Shown here one piece after another: positions 12,541 through 25,455 of a stretch of 64,000 bases of DNA. Made by a program: the position numbers and the translations under genes. A model generated the notes under the pieces. It ran no database searches, was not told the origin of the DNA, and saw only the letters and a program-made list of their open reading frames with translations. How positions within the stretch are numbered: the stretch's first letter is position 1; every line of letters begins with the position of its first letter. Origin of the DNA: Monocercomonoides exilis PA203. Taxonomy: Eukaryota > Protista > Preaxostyla. The stretch spans positions 310,001-374,000 of the forward strand of contig LSRY02000035.1 in NCBI GenBank assembly GCA_001643675.2, given 5' to 3'.

Positions 12541-15500
12541 ATGGTATCAAAAGATGATGAACAGCACTCGGTGACACGTTCGATATCGTCCGAATCGACA
12601 AACGCTAATACGCTATCCGTTGTAAAATTTGATGGATTTGATAACTTGTTTGCTCACAACATTTTTTAAAAGTTATACTTTACCTTTTTATATCCTTTTC
12701 TAGTTTGTTTTCATGTCTTTATTCGATTCACATGGTTTGAAATTATTATTTATAAGCTTGAATTTGCATAATTAAAACATTTCTCCAGGAGCCACGCCTT
12801 CCAGGAATTTATTGGATTATTTGGTTGATAATGACAATTATACAGTGCGTTGGCCTTACAATTCATTTTAATCCTTGGCCATTATCTGATAATTTCAAGG
12901 CAGGAGTCATTGAATTTTTTGAGTTTGTAACTTTTTATTTTTGTGTTGTTCAACATTTTCATTAAGTTATCTTAATTTTGCAGTGTGCTGGCGTAGCTCC
13001 ATCTTTGTGTTAGTTATGACCTGCATTTGCATTGTTGTGATTCTTGTTGGAGTTATTGTTTTCATCATTGCAGCTATCTTTAGGCGAAGCGAAAAAGCAA
13101 ATTTACGCTTTGTCTATCAATTTCTGAATTTATATTCAAGCTTGCTTGTCTATTTATTTCATTTACCAATTGTCAACACTTTTGTGGGAAATATACTTTG
13201 CTACGGAACTGGAACGAATTATGGAGTTTCATGCAACGGTCCAGAGCGTCTTCCGATGATGATTTTATCCATACTTTTTCTTATTGTACATCTTGTAATG
13301 GCATTTGTTATTCGCTTATTTATTTTTACATACAACATGAAAGATGGAGATATTTTCTGCTGCCAGACAGGGTTATATCAAACCTTCATGCTTGTTGTTA
13401 CGACTGCATTTACGATTATTACACCATTGTTACATGGATCTCCAATAATTGTTCCTGTTGTTGGGTTTGTTTAAGAAAACCTTTTTTTTTAAATAACGAA
13501 ATGGGCAAAAACCATCAATTAATTTTTGAGAAAATTGGACATTCATGAGTTTAATAATACCTCTTTGAATACTTTTGCACGTTTTATATTTAATGTGTCA
13601 TTTTTTCACTTTATTCATAAGTGCAGATATTTGAATTTATGAAATATTTGATGAATTTTGAAACTTTTATTTTTTTCCTCTCCATCGTCTTGCATTTGTA
13701 TATTTGTCTTTCATAAATTTTTTTCCACTTTTCTTTACATTTATCTTAATCTTTATCTTTATAATACTCATATATACAATACATTCACACACACACACAC
13801 ACATACATACACATACACATACACACAAATTATCTTCCAACCACCCCCTCCTTCCCTTCCTCCCACCCTTCCACAGTGCCAGCTGCTCCTTCCTCCTTCT
13901 CCTGTATGCCTGCTTCATCCAGCCGTACTTCCACCCACTCGGCAACGCCCTCTGGAGCAGCGGCTGGGCTGTGGCCTGTTGGATGTTCATCATGGGCATC
14001 ATCTGCGAAGTCGCAGACACTGCAGCCACCTGGAAGACTGTGCTCTTCTGGGAAGGGTGCGCCTTCGGAGTAATTATTTTCTCCGTGCTGTTCTTCTGGA
14101 TCGCGTACAAAATGGCGAAGAAGTCGTGGGCGATGAGGAGGAATGAAGGGATTCCCCTGATGCGAAAGGCAGAGCAGATGAAAGTGCTATCATATGCTTA
14201 CACACCACAAGACGCAAATGCAAACATCATCACAAATGCCAATGTGAATGTGAATGTGAATGTAAATGAACCTCCTCCTCTTTCTCTTTCTCTTCCTGTT
14301 ACTTCTTCTTCTTCAACTTCTGCTTCTTCTTCAGCTGCTTCCTCTAACCAACAAAAAATGCCTCTTATTTCTGTGTCCAATCACAGCGCGCCACACTCAT
14401 CTGATGGAATGACCAGCAGCCGCACTGAAGAAGGAACTCCAACCATTGCACCAACCATCCAGCCACCAAAGCCAGCATCACCGTTATCGCTATCATCATC
14501 ATCATCATCATCATCTTCTTCTTCTACTTCTTCAACTTCTTCTTCTGATGCTTCATCATCATCATCAACACCCAAGTCCATTTTGGATCCTATCAATTCT
14601 CCTTCCAAAACAGCCTCTCAACAGTCTGCCAAGAGCATGCCATATCAGCCATCGTCTGCCTCTCTTGTTTCTCTCTTCCCTTCTTCGCACCTTTCTTTCA
14701 CAAACACACAAAACCAAACAAGTCATTCTTCTTCTTCTTCGAATTCTTCCTCTTCTTCCTCTTCCTCTTCTTCCTCTTCCTCTTCTCATCAACCGCATCT
14801 AAGCTCTTCCATTTCCTCTTCATCCTCTGAACAGAATGGAAAGCACTCAAACAACAACAACAACAACAATAATAACAATAATATTTCCTCTGGTGTTCAA
14901 CAGCCGATGGCTGCTGTCACATCCTCTTCTGCACTCACACCAGCTGTTCCTCTGGTCACGCCACACGGAACAGCGCCACATTCGACTATATCCAATTCAA
15001 ATTCATCATCATCATCTTCTTCTTCCTCTTCTTTCTCTTCCTCTTCCTCTTCATCCAAACCAGCCCCTCCTCTCCCCTCTCGCCGCCTACCAAAATACAC
15101 CTCCTCAGGAGAGATTATCAATGCTATCCGCTTTCTTTCTGACAGACAGCTCCGCAAGCGCCCCGAGTGCATTTCACTGGCCGAGTCGCTCTTGTCTATT
15201 GGCCACAGCAAGTTCGGCATTTCTTCTGACTTGTGGATTGCCACTGCTCTTTTTCACCTCTCCTTCACACGCAGCCAGACGAAGACGGGGGAGGCGCTGA
15301 GGACGGCAAGACAGTGCATTCCGAATGTGATTGAGCGCTGGCTCATCTTTGCACTGCTTCACGACATGGAGAGGAAATCATCAAGAAGTGGAGGAGGAGG
15401 AGGAAGTGGGGGTGGAGGCAGTGGAAGTATGCAGAATTCATTGGGGGTTACGTTCCGGTTGGAGTTTGCGAAGGCGCAGCATGCACACGAGGTGAGCAAA

Positions 15501-18500
15501 GCGTATCTGCAACAGGCATATCTGCTGTTATCAAAGGAGCACAGTGACATGGAGCGTATCATGACATTTCTGGACAAGGCCATTGTGAATGAAGAATTGT
15601 CAAGGAAGACGCTGTCTGAGCTGCTGAAGCAGTATCCGCAGTCAACACAGGTGCTGAGGGAGCTGGGCAGTCTGCTGCGAGACATCTATCGAGACGACGA
15701 TACAGCGACGATGCTGTTTACAGAGGCGAATCTGTTGGAGGAGGACTCGATTACGATGCAGACAGGGAACACGACTGAGATGGAGTCGATGGCTGGGGAG
15801 AGCAGATACAGCAAGCGCTCGTCGTTTGCTGGGAGTTCGATGGGGGTGGACAGTGTGCTGCAGAAGAGCAGGAAGCAGAAGGCGAAGAGGAGAGGGAGAG
15901 GGAGAGCGAGGGGAGGAGGAGGCAAAGGGAAAGACAGCAAGTTTGATGTGATTGAGGACAAGAAGAAACTTCTTCCTTTGTTTGTTCCATTGCTGGCAGT
16001 TTCGATGGTTGCAGTGATTGCATGTCTGGTTGTCTGTTTTGTGCTGGTGGCACAAGGATTTCAGGACATCTTGCATTATGTCAACTGCATTGACAGCTGC
16101 ACCACTCTGCTCAACAACTTCATGGGCAGCTATCTCTACACGATGTATTACACCCTCCGCCTCAAGATCGACTTGGGAAATGCGAGCGTTGTTTCAGACG
16201 GGGTGAAGTTTCTGCCTTCTTTGGAGTGGATTTCTGCGAAGATACAGTCGCAGTCGCTGTCGATGGGGACATTGTTGGATGAAGTGTATGGGGCAACGAA
16301 GACAGACCTATCGTTCAGCTATTTGGAGCATGAGTACATCCAGCAGGTGATGCTGGAGTACAATGTGAGCGACAGCGGAGTGGAGGAGTTCATATATGGT
16401 TGGACATCACGGGTGAATATGATCGATCTGATCAACAGCTTCAGCAACATCGATGACGATATCGTGAACAACTTTGATCCGAGTTCCTCGTTCTCCACGT
16501 GGATCTTCTACATCTGGGCGAACGCGCCAGTGATTGGGCTGGAAGGGATGAAGCGGATGGCGATAGAGTATGCCAACACAGCAGAGAAGGAGACGCAGGA
16601 CTTGTCAATTGCCCTGGTGATTGTTGGGGTGTTCTCTATTGTGGTGCCGATAGCTGTGACTATTGCACAGTACACTGTGACATTGAGAAAGCTGAAGAAA
16701 GAGCGGAGGGCCGTATTCTTCCATTTGTGCAGTGCGCCGAAGAGTCAGATTCTGAAGCTGAAGCAGCGGCTGGATGAGGCAGACAGGGACGAAGACGACG
16801 AGGCGGTGACGTTTGGCACGATGCAGTCGAGCACAATCACAGCCAGTGGGACGAACAAGCTGCAAGGAGAGAGCAATTCTGAGGGGGAGATAGAGAAGGA
16901 TGCTGATGGAGTAGAAGGATCAGATGGGGTGGTGGGAGAATCGATGAAGAATGGAAGCAATAGGAACAATAACAATAACAATAGCAATAGCAATGGAAAT
17001 GGAAATTGCAATGGAAACAGCAACAGAGGTACAGATATAAGTATCTCAAACTCCTCCAACACAAGCTCAGCACGCGACACAGGACTCAAAGGAGACTCAA
17101 TTCTCTCATCTCGAAGCACCCCAACAGCAGACGATGATCACTTAAAAGCCAATGGTTCTTCTATATCAGCCTCACAAAGTGCATCAGGGCTAGCTCCATC
17201 GGCAAGAGGAGGTGAGCTGGATGGGACGTGGCCGCTGGGGATGATGCCACCAGCAATGCCGAGCATGATGATGCAGACAGGACAGATGGGGCAGATGGGG
17301 TTGGCAGGGCAGATGAATCCATTGACACAGGTGGAGGAACCAGCTATGCCGATGACGATGCAGACGCCAATGCAGATGCAGATGCAGATGGGCAGTGGAG
17401 GGATGGGAGGGATGGGAAATGCAGGCAACATTGGAGGAGTGAATGGTATTGGAGGAGGAGGTGCAGGAGGAGGAGGAGGAGCCGGCCTTGGGATCGGGAG
17501 TCCCTTCCTGTTTGGCACAGCATCGTCGATCAACAGCATGCTGATGCCGATGTCGCCGCACAGCGCGCTTCTGTTTGGTGGCCTGTCGCCACGGGCAGGG
17601 CTTGATGTGAAAGGGGAGCCACACACAGGGATATTTGACCAGATTGGGATGGGGCCGATAAATCAAGGGGCAGGGCATGGGCAGGCACCGCAGTACAATG
17701 GGCAGATGGGGATGAAGCAGAGTGCGAATGGGGGTTCGATTAATGCTGCATCTGCTGCTGCTGCTATTGGAGGAGGAGGAGGAGGGAGTGGTAATAATAG
17801 TGACACTTGCAATGCAAATGGAGGGGGAGAAGAAGGAAAGAATGGAGAAGGGGCGGAGAATGCATTTGAGTTGGATCTGAAGAAAACACTTGCGGGGGAT
17901 AAAGAAGGGAGCGGGAAGGAGAGCAGGATGATGGAAGAGGAGCGGCTGTTGGAGCAGCAGCAGGACGAAGAAAGTCGGTTTGAGCTGCAAGAGGCAGTGA
18001 ACAAGATGTCCTCGTTCATTCCTGGCTCCTTCTACTTCCGTGTGTATGGCGGGCTCTCAGCCATTGGCTTCTTCAATGTTGTCTTTACCGTTCTAGTTGT
18101 GATATCTTTGACGACTGTGATGCGCTACACAAACAGCATCTTCATCAACGGCTACAGAACAGCCATCCTCTGTGAGCTCACAGTGCTGGTGACAAATGCC
18201 GGCACGTCGATTTTCCCGCCTCTGCCAGCCAATGTGGACAATGTGAACTGTGAGTACTCTACAAACCCCGTCTGGTCGAACTTAACTCACTTGCATAATG
18301 ACAGCTACGAGCAGCAGAAGCTGATAGCTGCTCTGTTTGAGTTTCTGAATGCGCTGCATGTGAGGGCGACGATGGGGTCGGACTTTGGCGAGGCGGCATT
18401 CACACACGACGAGGCGGTGGATGCGCTGACGGTGGAGCGGACACTGAAGGAAGGGACACAGGGGATTCAGCTGATGTATGGAGAGACAGACTGCTTGGAT

Positions 18501-19766
18501 CCAGACCCAGAGGTGTGCAAGAACAAAGAGCGGCTATTTGACAACGTGGGGCGGTTCACGGGGCTGGAGGCGCTGATGAACATATATGTGAACAATGTGT
18601 TGATTGTGATCAAGACGCAGGATCCAGACAACGACATCAAGCTGAACACGCCTTGCCTGCAGATGATAAATGCACTCACACTGTATGACCTAAGATCGGG
18701 TTTGACGCTGTTCAGAGACTCAATCAAGACAGAGCAGAAGGAGCAGATCAACATGTACACGTCGCTGCTTATCGCCTTTTTTGTGCTGGCGTTTATATTT
18801 GGCTTTGTGGGCTTTTGCTGCTGTCTGTTTCCAACGAGGAATCTTTTGTTTATGGTGGCGAACAACTCAGCCAAGATGAGTGAGCTGGACCCTTCGTCTG
18901 ATCTGGCAGAGCGGACAGGGATGGGAGCAGCGAGGTGGAAAGAGGAGTATTCATGTGACTGCCACCGCTTTGACAAAGAGCACCAGCAGATTCTGCTGTT
19001 TCTGGCTGTGGTGTGCTCGAGCATTGACCCGCAGATCAACATTAGGGAGCAGCTGGAGGAGCTGATGGAGAGTGAGGATGAGGATGTGAAGAAGCTGGCA
19101 GAGCTGGTGAGGCAGGCGAGCTTTGACGACAGCCACGGGGGTTATGCTGCAGGCGCTGGGGCATTTGGTTCTTCTTCTTCGTCGTCATCATCATCTTCTT
19201 CTTCCTCTTCTTCTTCTTCTTCGTCGTCGTCAGCTGGGTTAGATGAGATTGGTATAGGAGGTGCAGAAGGGAACGAAGGGGCGATGAAGAAAGCGAGGGA
19301 AAAAGCGAAGATTGTGCTGCTGTCTCTATCATTTCTTGTGAAGACGACGTTTTCAGCACTGAAAGATGAAGAGCATCTGATGCAGAAATATTCCGTTCCG
19401 AAAAAGCACCGCCGAATCCACGACCGTTCGCACGCCCAGTTTCTGAAGAAAGTGCAGGCGTCAGTGATATCCATTGGGGCGACGCTGAGGCAGAAGAAAG
19501 AGCTGAACAGCACGCACACACAGCAGCTCACACAGGAATACATCGCCTGGCTGACAGATCACGTGGTGCATACAGACAGAGAACTCACTTCGCTCCTTGT
19601 GGGGAAAGCACCAGAGTCTGAGCTGGAGAAGGAAGTTTCGCTCCACAACATGAGCGTGCCGAAGTCGTATGCCCAGTTTCTGGATTCGGACAATGCTTCA
19701 CTTCAGGATCGCAGCTTATTCGAGAAAATGCTCAAAATTTTGGGCATTGGAGTTGCTGTCCATTGA
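12541..19766 (+). CDS. TmcB/TmcC-like multipass membrane protein with TPR-like region and a C-terminal hemerythrin domain (~2,200 aa)
   Basis: Four short 5' exons splice in frame to the large exon ~13877-19766. There is an N-terminal TM bundle, a TmcB-type helical repeat (LLKQYPQSTQVLRELGSLLRDIYRD, ~15100-15750), four further TM segments, and hemerythrin motifs at ~18930-19600. Confidence 0.8.
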
Positions 19767-20123
19767 TTTGAAAATTTTCTTTTATTCTATTTTTAAAAAA
19801 AAATTTTTTTTTATTTTTAATATTTATTTTTTTGTATGTATTTTGGTTGTAATTTATTATATCGTCTTCTTTATACTTTTTTTTACAACACGTTATTGAT
19901 TGATATCTGCTTTTTGAAGTTTATATTTATGAATTTTCATGTGATTTATTGATCGTATGTACCATCATATGCATTTCAAACATATGATCTTAGATTTTTA
20001 TCTTGCTTTTTATATGTATATCACTTGTTTTATTCATTTCATTTTATCTATACCGCCTTCCATGCATTTTTATAAATATTAAGATCAACATTTTCATCAA
20101 ACCCATCATTTTATACTATTTCA

Positions 20124-21413
20124 ATGGGGTGCGGGAGCTCTTCTGACAAAAGCAGTAGCAAAGATAAAATAGTTAAAAACGGTAAAGGCGAAGATGAATC
20201 GGTCAAGCAGGCACCTCGTTTGCCTACATTCAATGGACGTCGCCTTATGCAAGAAGTGAAGACATCCTATGAAAATCCTGATAAGGACAGCTCGGATATT
20301 GATTTCCCACGGTTTTTAATAACATAATTAATAATGCAAATGCTAATTGCTGTTTAATTTATGCAATTTGTTCTTAATATGTTTAGTTTCTCAAAGCATA
20401 TGATTATCTTCAATCAACTGCGTCAAATCCTTTGGTCTTCAGAATTTGAACAAGATAGCAGAAATAGTATGTCATCTTTATTCACGATTGTGTTTTGCCA
20501 TATTGATCCACAATTATTATTTCAAAAAAAAGCAATTTTAACTTCACTCGAATTAATGGTTGCTATTCTTGAACCTAGAAGGCTGACAAAAGTTCAGACT
20601 GAATTAAAAGAGAAATGGGAAAATGAGCCTGTGTTAAATGAGGTTTCTATTTTTATTGATTGAGCAATAATGGTTGTTTAGTTGAATGAAAAGCAGAAAC
20701 AACGCTTCACTGTATTTATTGATGAGGTTATCCAAAAAGGATCACCGACACATCTTGTAATGAAAGGTTTATTATGTGTCATTTGTTGTGCGCTTTAACT
20801 TTGATTATTTTTTGTATTTAATTTTTTTTTTTAGCATTAACTCAAGTTCATTATTTCCCTTGCGCAATGGCAATGACGGATGCTCTTGAGCCTGAGCATA
20901 AGTTTAAGGATGGTGGGTCTTGGGTGGTTGAAGTGACATTACCAACCCCTCAATCACTAGATAACTTTAGAAGGGAATTATCTCGTTTAAGAGTTTGAAA
21001 AAGAATTTTTTATTTTTTTTTATGTGTGATGCTTTGTTGATATTAAATTTCGAATAAAAAAAATATTATTTTTCCAATTGCATGTGGAAATGTATTCAAT
21101 CAATTGATACAATGAATTTTTCTATATATATTCTTTCTTCGAATATTCAGCTGACAATCAGCACGCCAGATCAGCCTTGGACTTTCCGTGCACCTCCTCG
21201 CCCTCAGTTGGCTGGGCTGCCTGCAGTATCACCAAAAGTACCAGCAAGTCCCAAACCAAAGGCAAAAGCAAAGCCAAAAGCCAAGCCGAAGGCCAAGAAG
21301 GCTGCAAAGAAGCCGGCGAAGAAAGGGAAGAAGAAGGATGATAGCGATGACGATAGCGATGATGACGATGATAGTGATGATGATGACAGCGATGATGATG
21401 ACGACGACGATAG

Positions 21414-21450
<37 letters not shown>

Positions 21451-22496
21451 AGTGACGACGACGATGATGATAGCGATGATGAAAGTGATGAAGACAGCGA
21501 CGATAAGAAGAAGAAGAAGGGAAAGGCAAAGACCAAAGCAAAAGCTAAGGCAAAAGCAAAAGCAAAAGCGAAGCCGAAGAAGAAAGCAGCGAAGAAACCG
21601 GCTAAGAAAGGAAAGAAGAAGAAGGACGATAGCGATGATGACAGTGATGATGATAGCGATGATGACGACAGTGACGACGATGATAGCGATGACGACGATG
21701 ACGATGATGATGATGATGAAGACGAGGATGAGGAAGAGGAAGAGGATAGCGATGAAGACAGCGACAACAAGAAGAAGAAGAAGAAGAAAGGAGGGAAAGC
21801 AGCCAAGCCAGAGCCGAAGAAAGAGATGAAGGAGGAGCCTGTTGTTGCAACCACAGTAGAGAGAATTCCCACACCTGTCATTCCAAAGGGACCAGATGGT
21901 GAGCCGCTGTTCAATCTGAAACCACCCACGATTCCTATCCCGTCGCCAAGCAATCTCGTGATTGTCACGCATAGAAAGACTCAGACTACAATTGAGCCGG
22001 TTTGAGGAATTAATTTTTTTTTAAAAGTGAATTAAATAATTATATTTAAATTAAATTTTATATTAATTTTGATGATGTTGTTTTTTTAACATTATCTTTA
22101 TGCATTCATTGTTTATGTATTCTTTCTATTATTTCCCTCCTTTTTTTTTTAAAAATAAAATACGACTACTGATATTTTCCCTTCTAGTTCTGCACCTGGA
22201 CTGCCAACTTCAACACGTTCTTCACAGTCGAAGACACACGTTTTGCTCCGACACGCAAGGATGCCATGAAGGATCCAGCAGCCGCACAGAAGGAGCAAGT
22301 GCCTTGGCCATATCCAAACACGTTCCCGACTCGGCTGACGCTGAACTATGCGTCTGTGTCTATGGACCACTTTAAGTTTGAGCCAGGTGTTACATTAGAG
22401 CAGAAGAGGATATTCCTGTACAGATTGGGAGTGCCGAAGGCACAAATAGAGCATATTACAGGGGAACCTATTGAGGCTAAGAAGGAGGCGGTGTAA
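20124..22496 (+). CDS. Hypothetical N-acylated (MGCGSS) protein with alternating Lys/Ala-rich and Asp/Ser-rich tracts
   Basis: ORFs at 20124, 20361, 21082 and 22266 can be joined through GT..AG introns. An MGC start suggests myristoylation plus palmitoylation. A KAKAK-KKPAKKGKKK-DDSDDD block is duplicated. Confidence 0.65.
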
Positions 22497-22547
22497 ATGA
22501 AGGAAGGTGGGGATAGAGGAGGGGTAGGATACAAGGGAGGGTGAGAG

Positions 22548-22645
22548 GAGGAGAGAAAGAGAGAAAGAGAGAAAGAGAAAAGAGAGAAAGAGAGAAAGAG
22601 AGAAAGAGAGAAAGAGAGAAAGAGAGAAAGAGAGAAAGAGATAGA
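22548..22645. repeat. (GAGAGAAA)n purine microsatellite
   Basis: Directly visible just downstream of the stop codon at 22496. Confidence 0.9.
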
Positions 22646-23845
22646 GAAGCGTATAGATGTGTTTTGTGGATTAATGTAATTAATAAGGATTGTAAGTATC
22701 AAATGTATATATATCCTTGATTGTTTGGCTGTAGATTGCTATGAGATTAGTCAAACTCTGTTTACATACAAGTTGAAGGTGCTACCTTCAAACGTATTTC
22801 TTTGTCTTATGTGTCTTCTTAATGCTTTCATCTTCTTTTGGATCTTCGATAATTATTTTTTATTTATTAATTAATTTCCCTTTCTATAATTTTTTTTTTG
22901 TTATTGTAGTTTATATTTAAATGTGTATATTTTTTTTTTTTTTTTACTTTTTTGATTGTTATTATGTTATCCTGACAGAATGTTATCTTTTCAATGTAAT
23001 GCTCTCAAATTGATTGCAAATGAATATAATGCTGTGTTATCAATTCCCGTTCATCACAACGCATTTTGCTAATCAGTTCGATTTGTTATTGTTAGACGTT
23101 TCATCTGTGCATATGCGACTCATATCACCACTGTTATCATGTCTGAGTATAGCAAAAAAACAATAAAACAGAACACAGTTATTTTTTTATTTGATTAGGT
23201 CACTTTATTCATTCATTACTTTTATCCCTCAATGCGTTTGTCCCACTTTTTTTATTTAATTTTTTAGTTTTTATTTTGTTAATTTTTTGGATAATTTCTT
23301 TTTTTTTTATCATTTAATTTGCCAGCTGATTCCTTTGCTTTCGAGAATTTGTGTAACATTTAATCGTATCAATTATGATGGCATTCATCATATCACGATC
23401 TTTAAAACTTATTACTTACATATCTTAGAGAATAGCTTTGATTTATCATTTTTCTCTTTGAAAAATTGAAAAACAAACTCGTAAAAAATTCAGAGATAAT
23501 AAAAATTAAGAAGTGTCAAATAATTGTACTAAGAAAAAACACATTAAAGACATAAAAGAATCGATAACTAGAAACAGTGAATAATTATTACATAATTCTA
23601 AATGTTCTTGATCGAAAATTCCATTTATTGATTTTTCTTATAATTTTTATTATTTTTTCATTTGCTCTTCATATCATGGAACAGTATGAAACATACATAA
23701 ACACATCATTTTGACTCAAGTCAAACAGACAAAAACAACAATAATAAAAAATAAATTATCAACAACAACGAAAAAAAATAACAACTCTTTTTTATAAAAA
23801 TTATGAAAATCCATAAGTATCAATACACTCTTTATAATTTTTCTA

Positions 23846-25424
23846 TCAGCTTTTTGAATGCGATGGCTGCCCAATAATTGTCAAAGGAACAGTCGGGGTG
23901 TTATTTCTAGTCAGTGATGATGCAATAGACGCAGATGAATGTGATGGAGGCAGAAAAGGTTGTGCAGCCAGCTGATTAGAAGAAGTTGTCTGTATGAAAG
24001 AAGACAATGGAAGAGGAGGAGAAGAAGAGGAAGAAGACGTCAAAAAGGAGGAGGAAACAGAAGCTGATGGTGGAATTGCCTGTGGAAGAGCAGGAAGTGC
24101 TGATAATTCAGAGAAGATAGGGGGAGGTGAAGAAGAAGAAGAAGAAGAAGATGATGATGATGATGATGATGATGAATTGTATTGTTTTGCTTGTTCGGAA
24201 GAAGCTGTCTGAACAAATGAAGAATCATAATCTCTTCTTCTCTCTATGCGATCTGATCTATCATTATTTCCATCTATTTCAATAATTTCTGTATTATCAT
24301 TCCTTTTCTCATTATCATTTCTTCCATTTCTTCCTTTCTGTGATTGTTTTTTCCTTTCCGCCTGCAGCTTCCTCTTCAATTCCTTGTACACCCTCTCATC
24401 TTCTGAGTCCCACTCATCATCATCATCTTCTTCTTCTTTCTTCTTCCTCCTCCTCCTCTTCTTCTTCTCATCTCCTTTTCCATTGAAACTATTACTATCC
24501 AGATATTCATATCTTCTTCCCTTTTCATCCTTCTTCCATCGATTTCGTCTTCTCTTGTGCTCTTCTTCATTACCTCCTCCTCCTCCTCCTCTCCACATTT
24601 CCTCTTCCTCTCTTTCCATTTCTTCATCTTTCTCTCTTCTTTCTCTTTCTTTTCTCTCTCTCTCTTTCTTCTCTCTCTTCTCTCTCTTCTCTCTCTCCTT
24701 CTGCTCCGCCTGCACCAATGACGATGCAGATGATATGTTCAGAAGAGGCGGAAGATGAGAAGGGGCATCAGCACCCGAAGCAAAAGGAGAAGAGAAGAAT
24801 TTGAACCACTCAGAAGGCTTGAAGGGATTCTGGGGGTGCGTGGATGAGGATGAGGATGAGGATGAAGATGAAGCAGAAGGGAAGGTGTGATGAGAAGAAG
24901 AAGAAGAAGAAGAGGAAGAGGAAGAGGAAGAAGATGTTGTTGAAGAAGAAGATGTTGATGTAACTGACGCTGCAGCAGTTGTTTCGTTGTCTGTTGTTAC
25001 AATCATAGAGTTGCTGCCAATTCTATGTGAAGAAGGTTTCCTATGTGTAAAAGAACGAGAACGAGAACGAGAACGAGAACGAGAATGATTGTGAAAAGAA
25101 TGAGAAGGAGAAAAAGAATGGTGATGAGAAGAAGAATGAGAAGGAGAAGAGGAAGGAGAAGCCAGCAAGCCAAATGTTTCTTCGTGTTCGATGGAGTCTG
25201 GACTGGAAAAACGGCCACATGAAGAGCGAGGCATAACAACACCGACTGCCTCTTCAGCAATGATGGGTGGATTGTCTATCTCATCTATATCTTCTAGCGA
25301 GGATGAAGAAGGAGAAGAAGAGAGAGAAGGCGATGATGAATGACGGCTCTTTGAGGAAGATGCATGTGTTGGTGATTCTGGCCATCTGTGCATATTTCTG
25401 TGTGGATGGAAGCTGTGGTGCTTG

Positions 25425-25455
<31 letters not shown>

